Position numbers and translations under genes: made by a program. 62,532 nt of DNA, from assembly GCA_049999805.1 (NCBI GenBank), contig JBNGIO010006279.1, positions 1 through 62,532 of the forward strand, read 5' to 3'. Position 1 is the first letter of the stretch. Each line of letters opens with the position of its first letter. This document shows, in pieces, positions 49,487 to 60,977 of this stretch. The notes beneath the pieces are model-generated. The model did not search any database, was not told where the DNA came from, and saw only the letters and a program-made list of their open reading frames with translations. The stretch comes from Folioceros fuciformis. Taxonomy: Eukaryota.

Positions 49487-51721
49487 TTAGGAGGGCGTAG
49501 ATTTTGAGTTCGATATGTATGTCTTGTTTGCGAGGGTCACCAATTTCGCGACATATGCCACACTCTGTTTTTTCTTAATTTCGGAAAACAGCTCATTCAG
49601 CCTTACATAAATGCTTTCCGCTTCGGAATGCTTTTTATCTCCAACCAAGAAAGCATGCACCAGCCCCTCCATGTCTGCCCACCTGCTTTCGCCTGGCTGC
49701 TTCCATGCCCCGATTGCCAGTCTTCTCGACTGCATCTCCTGCGCCTGCTCCCACATCTCAGCTCCCATGTATATGTTCAGCATCAACACATACGAGGCGG
49801 CATCTTTGCTGTCCAGCTTCACAGCATGATCGAAAGCACAGCGTCCTACCTGCAAGTTGCCCCATTTCCTACAAGCAGCCAGCAGTGTTTTCCAGACTGC
49901 TGCGTTAGGTTTTACAGGCATTGCTCGTACCAGAGCTAGTGACTCATCCAGTCGGCCTGCCCGGCCCAGAACATCCGCCATGCATGTGTAATGCTCCACT
50001 GTGGGAGTGATGCCGTAGTGTCTGGTCATGGCTTCGAAGTATTCTTGTCCCTTGCTCACTAGACCTGTATGGCTGCATACTGTTAGAACACTGAGGAACG
50101 TGATGCTGTCCGGCAGTGTACCTTCCTCGCCCATTCTGCCAAGCAGGTGGAAGACCTGGTCACTGTTTCCTTGACGGGTGTATCCTGCAATCAGAGCACC
50201 CCAGGTGACTGTATCTCTTCTTGGTAACGTATCAAACACCTGCTGTGCATCCACCATGCTCCCTGACTTGGCGTACATGTTTATCAAACTGTTGCACACT
50301 GTCACGTCAGCTTGCAGTCCTTGATCAACAATCTGTGCATGAAGCTGCCGTCCCACATGCAAAGCCGACACACTTGCACATGCCTGCAAAAGGCATACAA
50401 ATGTGATAGTATCAGGTGGAGCAATGCCTTCCTCTCCCATAGCAATGTACAGACGAAGGGCTTCCTCGCCCATGCCCTGTTGGGAGTATCCTGCTATTAG
50501 AGCAGTCCAGGTGACCACGTTCTTCCGCCCAAGTCCATCAAACAGTCTCCGCGCATCCTCCAAGCTGCCACACTTTGCATACATGTTCACCAAGCTGCCG
50601 GCAACAAGCACATCCCCTTCAAGTCCTTCTCCTCTGATACGTGCATGAATCTCCTTCCCCGTCTCCAAAGCCAGGGTGCCCACACCAGCACACGCCTGCA
50701 CGAGGCACACAAACGTCACAGCATTGGGTGCAACCGCGCCTTCTTCTTCCATAGCCCTGTAGAGTCCAAGAGCTTTCAGACCCATGCCCTGGTGAGCATA
50801 TCCTGCAATCAAGGCACTCCATGTCACAACATCCTTTTCACTCAGTCCATCAAACACTCTCTGGGCTTCCTCCATCCTGCCACATCTGCCATACATGTCC
50901 ACCAAGCAGTTCCAAACAAACATGTTATGCTGAACGCCACTTGCCAAGACCTGAGCATGCAGCTGCTGGCCCGACTTCAAGTCTCCTCCCCTTGCACAAG
51001 CCTGAAGGGCTGCCACCAACACATGCCCATCCGGCTCCACACTTGTGCCCCGCATCCGATGATACAGCTCTATGGCCACCTTGTCCTCCCCGTGCTTGAC
51101 ATGCGCAGAGATCATGGCAGACCAGGTGAAGGCATCAGGCTCTGCAACCCTTGCAAAGACACCCATGGCATCTTGTAGCTTGGCATGAGAGGCATACATT
51201 CGTATGATGTGGTTACACAAGAATGTCTCCGCCTCGTACCCTGCCCGGACAATGAGAGCATGAACGCGACGACCCAACACCAGATGCTCATTAACCACAC
51301 ACAGCTTGAGAACCGCATAAAAAAGCGACGTCGATACACAACCATGTGTCTCCACCAAAACTGCCAGAGCCTCAACAGCCTCAACCAGCTGCCCCTGTTG
51401 ACATAGTCTACTCACGCTTTCAGCCGTGACGCCACGTTTACATCCTGCTGACCTGCCGTGGTCAGCATCATCCTGCACTCCAGTCAGCTGCACGCTCAGG
51501 GCAACGGTGACCAAGGCAGTGCTACTCCTAGGGCACCTGTGATCCCACACATTCCAATGAGTGGGCTCCACAGAAGCTGTTGCCGCAAGACGAGGCACAG
51601 GCGATGGCGGCCTGTGCGAGTATGAGGTGCACTGTGCCAGGACATCTGGGGAGTCATACGGCCTGAACCCGCAACCCACCTCCTCTGCGCTAGCTGCAAC
51701 TGTACACCTGGAGCACACCAT
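49487..51721 (-). CDS. PLS-class pentatricopeptide repeat protein with E1/E2/E+ domains, no DYW; intronless
   Basis: Repeated P-L-S motifs (VVTWSALIAGYA; TFVCLVQACA; NSLINMYAKSG). EHYTCMADVLGRAG, VWKTLLAACRKWGN, PG box KQPGESRW, VHAFLVGDKKH. First ATG at 51721. Confidence 0.95.
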   Translation of the reverse strand: MVCSRCTVAASAEEVGCGFRPYDSPDVLAQCTSYSHRPPSPVPRLAATASVEPTHWNVWDHRCPRSSTALVTVALSVQLTGVQDDADHGRSAGCKRGVTAESVSRLCQQGQLVEAVEALAVLVETHGCVSTSLFYAVLKLCVVNEHLVLGRRVHALIVRAGYEAETFLCNHIIRMYASHAKLQDAMGVFARVAEPDAFTWSAMISAHVKHGEDKVAIELYHRMRGTSVEPDGHVLVAALQACARGGDLKSGQQLHAQVLASGVQHNMFVWNCLVDMYGRCGRMEEAQRVFDGLSEKDVVTWSALIAGYAHQGMGLKALGLYRAMEEEGAVAPNAVTFVCLVQACAGVGTLALETGKEIHARIRGEGLEGDVLVAGSLVNMYAKCGSLEDARRLFDGLGRKNVVTWTALIAGYSQQGMGEEALRLYIAMGEEGIAPPDTITFVCLLQACASVSALHVGRQLHAQIVDQGLQADVTVCNSLINMYAKSGSMVDAQQVFDTLPRRDTVTWGALIAGYTRQGNSDQVFHLLGRMGEEGTLPDSITFLSVLTVCSHTGLVSKGQEYFEAMTRHYGITPTVEHYTCMADVLGRAGRLDESLALVRAMPVKPNAAVWKTLLAACRKWGNLQVGRCAFDHAVKLDSKDAASYVLMLNIYMGAEMWEQAQEMQSRRLAIGAWKQPGESRWADMEGLVHAFLVGDKKHSEAESIYVRLNELFSEIKKKQSVAYVAKLVTLANKTYISNSKSTPS

Positions 51722-54659
51722 CGTCCATGGCTTTCTACCTCCGCTTGTGCTGGACTGGAGGAGCACAAGCTTAGTCACGGTCTCTCTTTGTTCTTAAATG
51801 AACAAAGAGAGACCGTGAATGACCGTGATTTATCCTTCACTGCCATGAATGGCGTTGTCGTTCTCGTTAGACAACAGTTGGATACAGTGGTCACTATAAG
51901 CAAGTTGGTGCTTCTTTGAATTTCTATAACCATGTTGCTTCTTCGTGCTTTGCATGTAAGGGCAACTCCTGCCTGGAAACCATCGTGATTCATGCAGTTG
52001 ATCAGCTTTTGCTCTCATAGGAGGATGAAGAACTCTATGTATTTCTAACTCATGCTTGAACTCCCTTTGAGCTTCATCAGAATTTGTGGAACTTCATGGA
52101 GAATTGTGGGAGAAGGCTGACCAACCTTGACAAGGCTTCGTGCATTGGATTCTGCAGCCTTGTAGCGGTTGCTTCTGAAGGTTCTGCATAGTGAGGTAAG
52201 GAGTGGAGCCCAAGCATGCATTATTCGTGGTGGCATATTACAGTGAATGAGAGGAAGCAGCGCCTGGGAGTCTTGCTTACAAGTCAGGCCGGCTTATACA
52301 TTGCCGCAAGCTATACCGATTCCGATTCGAGAATCATGCGGTGGGCGCTGGAGGCGTCTGGTCAGTTGACGCACGGCAACATAGATACAGGGCGGGGCCG
52401 CTCTGATTTCACGTGAATATCATAATTCGTAGCCTCAAAGTCCTCCGATGCGGCACAGGCATCTTCATGTCTTAGCCTGGCAAGCGTGTACGAGAAATTT
52501 TGGTCGGTGGGCAGAAGTATGTAGACCGGGTAGAGAACCTGCGTGCGAAAACCCAATACCTGTCAAGACCCTGCAAGGGCCGGCCTGGTCTGAATTCACA
52601 CCATCATTCCTTCACAATCCAGTGAAGGACTGGTGACGCTGTCCTCCAAGCTCTTGATCGTGCTCGGCTGCATTCCTATCTGACAGGGAGAGTGAAGACG
52701 CCCTGAGAATGTTGCATGGGTACTTCTGGGCTCATCCTCACCTATCCTACCTGCATGGAACACCTGTGCACCAACCCTGCTGCAGTGGCTGGCACTCCCC
52801 GCGCATGCCCAGAGAGGCAGACCAGCTCGAAGCACATCCAGACAGACGCGCACAATGTAATGGGCGCTTTGAACCACCATCATGTAGCAGAGGGAAGAGG
52901 GAGACTGGTCCTGAGGGAGAAACATCGAGGCATCAATCAAGTCGCTGTCCTGCTGGCCCTGGCGCAGGCTGCCTCCATATGTATTGTATAGCTGTTACCC
53001 CGTCCAGAATTGTGTATGTACATACATCCACACACAGCGAGCAGCACCCAGTACTCTTTTGGCACACTCGAAAAAGATATTTCAAAAGCCGCTCTCCTCA
53101 CACAAGCGCCATTATTATTTGTCCACTACGAAAGAGGGTGACATAACAAAGACAAGCACAATTGGAGACGCAATCATGCAAATCAGGCCGACATACATAA
53201 GCGTTAAAAAACTGCGGCTGCCTACTCGAGAATCCGGATCTAGAGCTGGAGCTGGAGCTAGGGTCCCATGTTCCTTCCAGGTTGTGTAAAAAGGCAAGCA
53301 CCGAAAGCACAGAAATGGAGGGTTTATTAGCAAGAAGCAGTTGGAGAGGAATAAAGCAAGGGAAGGCGTAACATACAACCCATATTGGCAGGAAGGGAAG
53401 TGCGTAAAAATACAAACCAAATGGAGGTTAAATTGCAACAGCGACAGTGCAAGTAGGCCTGGAGAGGGAGACTCGGCGAGATGGAGGGAGACTCAGGGAG
53501 AGAAAGAGGAAGAGAAGGCGAGGCAGAGAGGGATTATCACCTTGTGTACTCACTTTCTTTCTCTCGGTCTTCCATCTCTTGACCAGCCTTCCCTTTCCAG
53601 CAGCGCGTAGGGAAAAGTACACGTCAACCAACCCTGTGAGGGGAGTCCCATTCGAACATGTGCCGGGGGAAGCCGAAACAAAGGGTTGATGGGGCAGGTG
53701 ACTCGTGCCCGAGGGCAGCGCACGTGGCTGGCCGTGGGCTCTCCCGCCACTGTTTTAGATGGGTGGGAGACGCACAGCGATCCATTTGCAGGGCGTGGAG
53801 CCAGTGAGACAGGGACAAGTGCTTCCCACGGCTCGCGGCCCGCGCCCTTCGCTCCCCTCCCTCCACGTCCGCTGGCTTGCGCTCTTGTGTGGCCCTAAAG
53901 ACGTGTCCTGGCCGTCGCACGGCCCCGCCGCTCCGCCCTCGTTCCTGTACGGCATCCCGCGCCCACCCTGGGCTTACAAATTGTTGCTCCCAGATTTCCC
54001 GCACTCCCACCCAGTTTCACCCACCGCAGCCCACCGGCCCCGCCTTCCACGCCCAGTCGGCTGGCTACCCAGTGGCAAAGCAAAGTGTGTCTTGTGTGTG
54101 TGCCATTCCCCGCCCTGCTGCTGTGTTCTCTGAAAGGTGCTCTTCGTTTGCTGCCTCCTCCGCCAACCATTTTTTTAAGTCCCGGGATCTGTCCTGTTCC
54201 GTTGCTGGATCCGCTCCTACTCCTGAGTCTGCTGGGTGGGTTCTGCTGCCAAGTAGAACGGGCTGCTCCTGCTTCTCCGCCACTGGTCTCTGCTCTGTTC
54301 ATCCCTCCTGTGCCTGCGTTGATGTGCCGTCTGGGTCAACTGGAAGGCCCGTGCTGGCCTTGCATTCCACCCAAATCCCAGCTAGACTTGTAGTACACTG
54401 CACGACAACAGCGGAGAGGAGAAGCCGCAGCCCTCTTGAGTGAGGCAGCGCGTGAAGTGAAAGTGAAGCCTCCTGGTGATATAGCATCCATGCACAATAA
54501 ATAGTGGGAATGTGATTTTCTGTGAGCAGGCATTGCAGGCAGCAGACAATCGAGGGAGAGCAGCAGCGGAGGAAGGGAGGAAGTGAGGAAGGAAGTGGAC
54601 GGGCAAAGGACGGGAAGAAGAGCAGAAGGGAGGAGGGAGAGACGATTTCGTTGGTTACC

Positions 54660-57254
54660 ATGTCCTTCATCGCCGACTTGTTGGGTGTCATGTGGAGGCA
54701 CCCTGTGTTGTCGTGCCTGTCGCTGCTGCTCTTCACACCGCCCTTCTACCCGGTGGTCAGATTCTTCTCGCCGCTGCTTATCTCCACAGCCGTGTTCGTG
54801 GTGGTGGTTGTGAGCATCGGGCCGGCTCTGGAGCACAGGGCTGCGGCGCACGCGGAGGGGCAGGGCAGGAGGAGGCGGGTTGCTGCGGCAGCCGACAATT
54901 CCACGGGCTTCTGGAACGAGCATCGGAAGCCTCCGCAGGGGGAGGAGACGAGCTGGGTGTGGGGCTTGCTGCAGAGCATGAAGAACAGTGCGCAGGCTTG
55001 GATCGAAAATAAGTTTAGGAATGAGGAAATGCTGCAGAGGCTGGGGAACGAGGGAGAGGTGAGGCTGGTGGCGGAGGAGTCCGGGACCACATCCAGCAGG
55101 GGCGGGAGCTCCCGGAAGAGCTCCCTCAAGAGCAAGAGCAGCTCAGACATGGACTCCAGCAGCCGGCGGGCCCGGGAAGTGGGAGCAGCAGGAGGGAATG
55201 TGCTGGAGGCCCGGGCCGTGGGGAAAGATGATTCTGACGAGGAAGAGGAGTCGATGAGAAGAAGCAGGAGCACCAGATTGAGGAACCAGCGTAGCTCCAA
55301 TTCCCGCTCCAACTCCCGAAACTCCTTCAAGTACGAGGCGGACTCGGACATGGATTCGGAGGAGGACACTAGGCTCCAAGCCGAGGCAGCAGCAGCAGCG
55401 AGGCGCGCCAGGTCCAAATCCCTGTCCAAGCCCCTCCCCAAATCTTCCCGCTCCAATTCTCGGCAGAATTCGCGGCCCAATTCCCGCTCCAATTCCAGAA
55501 AGGGGTTCAGGTACGACGGCGATGCCGATCTGGACACCGACGCCAGGCTGCAGGGGGAGGGATCCGCCAAGCACGGGACTTCGCGCTCTAGTTCCGGCAA
55601 GAGCTTCAAACCTGACAAGGATTCGTCTTCGGAACAGGAAGACGGACCCGTGAGCCTCCAGGTGGAAGCAGCAGCCAGGAGCGCCCGCTCCATGTCGGCC
55701 TCCAGGTCTTTGCGCTCCAATTCCGCCAAGGGTTTCACGTACGACTCGGAGTTGGATTTGGACACGGAGGAAGACTCTAGGTTGCAGGCAGAGGCTTTGG
55801 CAAGTCACTCCAGGTCCTCCTCTCGCTCCCGCCCTCGCAAGGGCCATAAGGTGCAAGACGTGGAAGATATCTCGGACGGCGATGGCGAACCGAAGCTGGT
55901 GGCTAGGCGTCCAAGCTCCCGCTCCCATTCCAGCAGGGGCTTGAAGGTTAGCAGCAGCAGCTCGGAGGAGGAGCCGAAGCTGGTGGCAAGGCGGCCCAGC
56001 TCCCGGTCCCTGTCCCGTCCCAGGGTCGTCCCTGCTGGTGCTGCCGACGGCGAGGAGGATGATGATGCTGGCGTCACTGTTTCAAGGCAACTGAGCTCAT
56101 CCAGGGGGCCGGTTTCCCGCTCTGATTCAGGCAATGGCATACAGCAAGCACACTCTGAGGCTGACGGGAGCAAACAGGATTCGATGACTGACGGAGATCA
56201 AAAACATGCGAGACGACCGGCCCCCAAATCAGGCGCAGGTAGCGCGTCGAGAAAGTCCGTATCCCGCCACCTATCCTCGACCAGATCCAAGTCGGCCAGA
56301 TCCAGGTCGGAGTCGGAGCCATCGGTTAGCAGCGAAGGAGATGCACCGGACGCCGATGCCGACATGAGAGCTCCTGGATCCTATTCAGCGAAAAATGAAT
56401 TTTCCTATGCTAGAAAGTTGTCAGCCGATGCCGACACGATGGAGGATGACAAGCGGTCGGGAAGGCATCGTTCCAGCTCGGAATCGGATCCTGAGAGCAG
56501 CAGGAAGCCGAGCTTCAGATCTGTATCTGGCAAGAGGGCATCTGCAGCAGCAACAGCAATAGTAGCACCAGCAGGGCCAACATCAGAGGAAATATACAAA
56601 TCTCTTTTGAGCAGGGGAGCATCATCAGCAACATTTGGAACTGTAGCAGCAGCATCCGAGGAGAAAGCAAGGGATAGCAGCGAGGACGAGGGCTTACGAT
56701 CGGATTTCTCCAGTTCCGAATCAGAAGTCTTCAACTTCGTCCCTCCCCCACCGGTAAAGGGAGCGGGAGCAGGAGCAGCGCTGCCCGGCAGGCTGGTGCG
56801 GAAGCTGTCTCGGGAGCTGAAAGGCTACATCGACGAGAAGCTGGTGCCTGGCAGCGATGCACCGGAGGCTAAGGTGGAGAAGCTGCATACTCTACATACC
56901 GAGATCAGCGGCATTCTCAATAACTTCAGCATCCACGAGGAGGAGGAGAAGCTGGCGTCGGTTCTCGGAGGCCTGAGCGCGTTTCTGCATACGGAGCCAG
57001 ACCAGCCGCACGCCGAGCTCATCCCTAAGCGCTGGACCTCCAAAAACTACGAGCAAGTAGACATTCTGCCTCAGACACCGTCGGTGAAGCGCCTCGCGGA
57101 CCGCGGCGCCCGGGACTCGCAGAAGCTGGAGATGCTCAAGCTCTACGGCCATTTGCTAGCGGAGAAGGAGGAGCAACTCACCCGGCAGGATCAAGTTGGA
57201 AGTTCGCGTGAGCCTGCGTCCTCGTCCGCCATCGCCAGACCTCGCGCCGACTGA
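54660..57254 (+). CDS. 864-aa protein: N-terminal hydrophobic hairpin plus long Ser/Arg/acidic disordered region with internal repeats
   Basis: Long intronless GC-rich ORF. N-terminus RHPVLSCLSLLLFTPPFYPVVRFFSPLLISTAVFVVVVVSIGP resembles plant HP...SP-L-T membrane-anchored disordered proteins. Function unknown. Confidence 0.8.
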   Translation: MSFIADLLGVMWRHPVLSCLSLLLFTPPFYPVVRFFSPLLISTAVFVVVVVSIGPALEHRAAAHAEGQGRRRRVAAAADNSTGFWNEHRKPPQGEETSWVWGLLQSMKNSAQAWIENKFRNEEMLQRLGNEGEVRLVAEESGTTSSRGGSSRKSSLKSKSSSDMDSSSRRAREVGAAGGNVLEARAVGKDDSDEEEESMRRSRSTRLRNQRSSNSRSNSRNSFKYEADSDMDSEEDTRLQAEAAAAARRARSKSLSKPLPKSSRSNSRQNSRPNSRSNSRKGFRYDGDADLDTDARLQGEGSAKHGTSRSSSGKSFKPDKDSSSEQEDGPVSLQVEAAARSARSMSASRSLRSNSAKGFTYDSELDLDTEEDSRLQAEALASHSRSSSRSRPRKGHKVQDVEDISDGDGEPKLVARRPSSRSHSSRGLKVSSSSSEEEPKLVARRPSSRSLSRPRVVPAGAADGEEDDDAGVTVSRQLSSSRGPVSRSDSGNGIQQAHSEADGSKQDSMTDGDQKHARRPAPKSGAGSASRKSVSRHLSSTRSKSARSRSESEPSVSSEGDAPDADADMRAPGSYSAKNEFSYARKLSADADTMEDDKRSGRHRSSSESDPESSRKPSFRSVSGKRASAAATAIVAPAGPTSEEIYKSLLSRGASSATFGTVAAASEEKARDSSEDEGLRSDFSSSESEVFNFVPPPPVKGAGAGAALPGRLVRKLSRELKGYIDEKLVPGSDAPEAKVEKLHTLHTEISGILNNFSIHEEEEKLASVLGGLSAFLHTEPDQPHAELIPKRWTSKNYEQVDILPQTPSVKRLADRGARDSQKLEMLKLYGHLLAEKEEQLTRQDQVGSSREPASSSAIARPRAD

Positions 57255-57594
57255 GTCGCGTTCAGTACGCGGCCTGTACCGGGCCCCGGCCCCGGCCCCG
57301 GCCCGGCCTGCTACTGCGGCTCTGCCATCGCGCGCCTCGCACTGCAGGCTCCCCCGCTTGCGCCAAGAACTCAACGTGCAGCTCGTGTGCCGCTCGCTCG
57401 CTTCCGGCTCTCTTACTTCCGCGTTGGGCTGGTAGGGAGGCCATTAGGTTTGGTATTTGGGTAGCGAGAGCTTGTGCTGCTGCTGCCCCCTGCCGCTGCG
57501 CGAGGAGGGAGCTGCCGCCGGGCGGTGTGCGTGTGTGCTTGCGGCGCCGGCTTTGAAGTGAAGCTTCTGCGTTGCTGTTGCGGCGACGGCGGCC

Positions 57595-59382
57595 ATGGCG
57601 GCGTGCGTTAGGCGGGCGATGGCGGTGGCCGGGGCGATGCTGGTGGTGGTGGTGCTACAGCTGCACATGCATGCGGGCGGGGTGCAGGGTAGCGAGGCGG
57701 ATCACCGCTACGGCAAGGGGGAAGCGGTGCCGCTATACGCCAACAAGGTCGGGCCGTACCACAACCCAAGCGAGACTTACCGCTACTTCGATCTGCCCTT
57801 CTGCCCCCCAAAGACGGTGCAGGAGAAGCGGGAGTATCTCGGCGAGCTCCTGAACGGGGACCGCATGGTGGTGGCGGCCTACTCGCTGCCGTTTCTCCAG
57901 GACAAGACCAAGGAGCTGCTGTGCAGGAAGGAGCTGAGCAAGGAAGATGTGGAGCAGTTCAGGCAGGCTGTGAAGAACGACTACTACTTTCAGATGTACT
58001 ACGACGACCTTCCCATCTGGGGTTTCGTCGGCAAACGGGACGACCAGAATGGCACCCTGGAGCTCTTCACGCATGTGCACTTCACCATCGCCTACAATGA
58101 TGACCGTGTGCTGGAGATCGGGGTGGCCACAGATCTGGCGTACTCCGAGGATATCACGGAGGTGAAGGAGCTGGAGGTGGAGTTCTCCTACTCCGTGGAG
58201 TGGAAACTGAAACCGGATTTGTCCTTCGAGCGCCGGCTGGAGAAGTATTCCAGGAACTCGTTCCTGCCTCAGCACCTGGAGATCCACTGGTTCTCTATTA
58301 TCAACTCGTGCGTCACCGTGCTGCTGCTCACCGGCTTTCTCGCCACAATTCTTATGCGGGTGCTGAAGAATGACTTCATCAAGTATTCGCGGGACGAGGA
58401 GCCAGTGGACGATCAGGAAGAGACAGGGTGGAAGTATATCCATGGCGATGTCTTCAGGGTTCCAGCCAGCAAGTCCCTCTTTGCGGCTGTTATCGGGAGT
58501 GGCACTCAGCTGTTGGCGTTGGCTATATTTATCTTCATCCTGGCCCTGATCGGAGTGTTCTATCCTTACAACCGAGGAGCCTTGTACACTGCGCTCGTGG
58601 TCATCTATGCTCTCACGTCTGGCATTGCTGGTTACACCGCTTCTTCCTTCTACAAGCAGTTAGAGGGCACCATCTGGCTGCGGAACGTGCTGCTCACGGG
58701 CTGCCTTTTCTGCGGGCCTCTCTTCTTGACCTTCTGTTTCTTGAACACGGTTGCCATCTTCTACAACGCCACGGCTGCGCTACCCGTCGGTACTATCTTT
58801 GCCATTCTGCTTCTTTGGACTCTGGTTACTGCGCCTCTGCTCGTCTTGGGAGGGCTTGCTGGTAAGAATAGCAAGAGTAGTTTTGAAGCTCCATGCCGCA
58901 CCACCAAGTATCCTAGGGAAATCCCTCTGCTGCCTTGGTACAGGCGGACCGTTCCTCAGATGGCCATGGCTGGGTTCCTGCCCTTCAGTGCTATCTACAT
59001 TGAGCTGTACTACATCTTCGCCAGTGTGTGGGGCCACAAGGTGTACACCATTTACAGCATATTGTTTATCGTGTTCATCATCCTGATCATCGTAACGGCT
59101 TTTATCACTATTGCCTTGACCTACTTTCAACTGGCTGTGGAGGATCACCAGTGGTGGTGGAGGTCAGTTCTATGTGGAGGGTCCACTGGTGTGTTCATTT
59201 TTGGATATTGCTTCTACTACTACTTCGCCCGGTCAGACATGCGTGGATTTATGCAGACCTCCTTCTTCTTCGGCTACATGGCCTGCGTCTGCTACGGCTT
59301 TTTCCTCATGCTTGGAACAGTAGGATTCAGGGCATCATTGTTGTTTGTCCGCCACATCTACCGATCCATCAAGTGTGAGTGA
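57595..59382 (+). CDS. Transmembrane 9 superfamily / EMP70 (TMN) protein, intronless
   Basis: Signal peptide, VPLYANKVGPYHNPSETYRYFDLPFC, YYDDLPIWG, HWFSIINS, GWKYIHGDVFR, EDHQWWWRS and C-terminal FVRHIYRSIKCE (KxE Golgi retention). Confidence 0.98.
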   Translation: MAACVRRAMAVAGAMLVVVVLQLHMHAGGVQGSEADHRYGKGEAVPLYANKVGPYHNPSETYRYFDLPFCPPKTVQEKREYLGELLNGDRMVVAAYSLPFLQDKTKELLCRKELSKEDVEQFRQAVKNDYYFQMYYDDLPIWGFVGKRDDQNGTLELFTHVHFTIAYNDDRVLEIGVATDLAYSEDITEVKELEVEFSYSVEWKLKPDLSFERRLEKYSRNSFLPQHLEIHWFSIINSCVTVLLLTGFLATILMRVLKNDFIKYSRDEEPVDDQEETGWKYIHGDVFRVPASKSLFAAVIGSGTQLLALAIFIFILALIGVFYPYNRGALYTALVVIYALTSGIAGYTASSFYKQLEGTIWLRNVLLTGCLFCGPLFLTFCFLNTVAIFYNATAALPVGTIFAILLLWTLVTAPLLVLGGLAGKNSKSSFEAPCRTTKYPREIPLLPWYRRTVPQMAMAGFLPFSAIYIELYYIFASVWGHKVYTIYSILFIVFIILIIVTAFITIALTYFQLAVEDHQWWWRSVLCGGSTGVFIFGYCFYYYFARSDMRGFMQTSFFFGYMACVCYGFFLMLGTVGFRASLLFVRHIYRSIKCE

Positions 59383-60977
59383 GCATAGTTGTGTAGAGGC
59401 ACCGTATGAGGGGGTTAGAGGTGACATACATGGCAGCAGCTAGCTAGCTATCCACTCTGGTGTCTGTCTGTGGAGGTTGGTCCACCAGTGTTAGCAAGGA
59501 ATGCATGGTCGTGCACGAATGCCGCAGGTGGACAAAGAAGTTCTGTGGCGCAACGGCTGATGGAAGGTCCCTGACACCACACCAGGCATGTGATGGAGGA
59601 ACAGTTCCTCGAAAGCCTGCCGGAGACTGAAGCTGGGTGTAGGAAACCGTAGGTGAGGTGATTGATGTAATGCACATCCGATTAGCCCTAGCTGCATCTG
59701 GTAGCAGATGTGGGTGGTGTTGCGTAGAGCTTTTCGACGATGTAGTCCGTAAGATTTAGTCTTGGCAGTACTAGCAAGGCGCAGCTGATTGGGCGGGCTA
59801 TTGGGCTGCTTTGTTAGAGCTAACCTTGCTCCGTTGATGACTCTAATTTGGAGTGCTGGAAAACGCAGTCCAGCCGCTGTGGGGGAAGGATGCCTTGGAT
59901 GTGTACAGTATGCCTGAAAATAAAGGTCGTTTTATTGATGTTGCTTGTCTGTGCACTGATATTGTGCAGGATGGTGTTGTCCAGGGTCGATTGTGTCACG
60001 AACAACGAGGTGAGGCGCAGCCCAGTTTCCCGGTGCGGCAAGTAGTACATCTCCTGGATCCACCACTTCCCCTTGGTTGTGTTTTGTTTGTGGCTCAGAA
60101 TGTGCTGTGCCCTTCCTTGTCTGCTTGACGCGAGTGACCTTGGACGGAAAGTCAACGCCTGTAATGCGAGTTTTGTGTGATCTTGGGAGTAATCTATGAT
60201 GCACCTCCTCCTGCTGTACCCTCGGCCTTTTTCATTAGCGTCGCCATCCTGATTTCTTGGGAGGAAGCAGGTATGACGCCGCTGTTGCCAAGATAGGGAC
60301 GGGACCCTGCCATGTTCGTGTCCAGTCCGGTCCAGTCCTGTCCTGTCCTGTCCATTCAACACCAATCTGTCGAGATAGGCCCGGCCCGGCGCTACCCTCC
60401 ACAACGGCTCACATCAATCATTTTCACCTGCTTTTCCCAATTCCGTACTTACCATCACCTTGAATACTTTGAATGCCATTCTCACAAGAGAATGACCCAC
60501 AGACAAGTCATGAGCACTATGAAGTGAAGCTTTTCCTAATCCTTGTTTCAATACTAAGAAAAAGTTCAAATTTTAGCTCATAGGAGATCATCAAGGAAGG
60601 GGTGACAATCCTTGCACAACTTTTTCTTCCTTTGTTTAAATATTCTTTTATCCCTTACAACATCACCATTACAAGAGAATGGAGCACACCCACAATGTCT
60701 TTCTTTTCTTTTTTTAAATGAACTAAATAATATAACCTAAAGATCCTCAAAGCAAAGCAGGGGACAAGTATGAAGTGGTCTTAGTGGTAGCCAAAGCAAA
60801 GAAACAACAAAATTACTTCTACAAACTCTAGTCATGTTATGGGCACAAGTAAGCTTCCACCCTTAGTTCTTCTTAAATAGCTCTAGAGGTGTTACTCTGC
60901 CTGCCTGCCTGCTTAGCTTAGCTTTCATCTGAAACTGAGAGATTTGTTTCACAAGGTATAAATAAGCTGTAATCGAA

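Noticed and set aside
52045-53146. Several 60-145-aa ORFs upstream of the PPR gene
   Set aside because: No recognisable domains or consistent exon chain.
54746-55928. Long antisense ORFs (339 and 261 aa)
   Set aside because: Shadows of a GC-rich, low-complexity sense CDS.
8159-59382. Co-location of endomembrane genes (VPS2, CCDC115, TM9SF) as a functional cluster
   Set aside because: Widely spaced housekeeping genes interleaved with unrelated ones; chance is sufficient.
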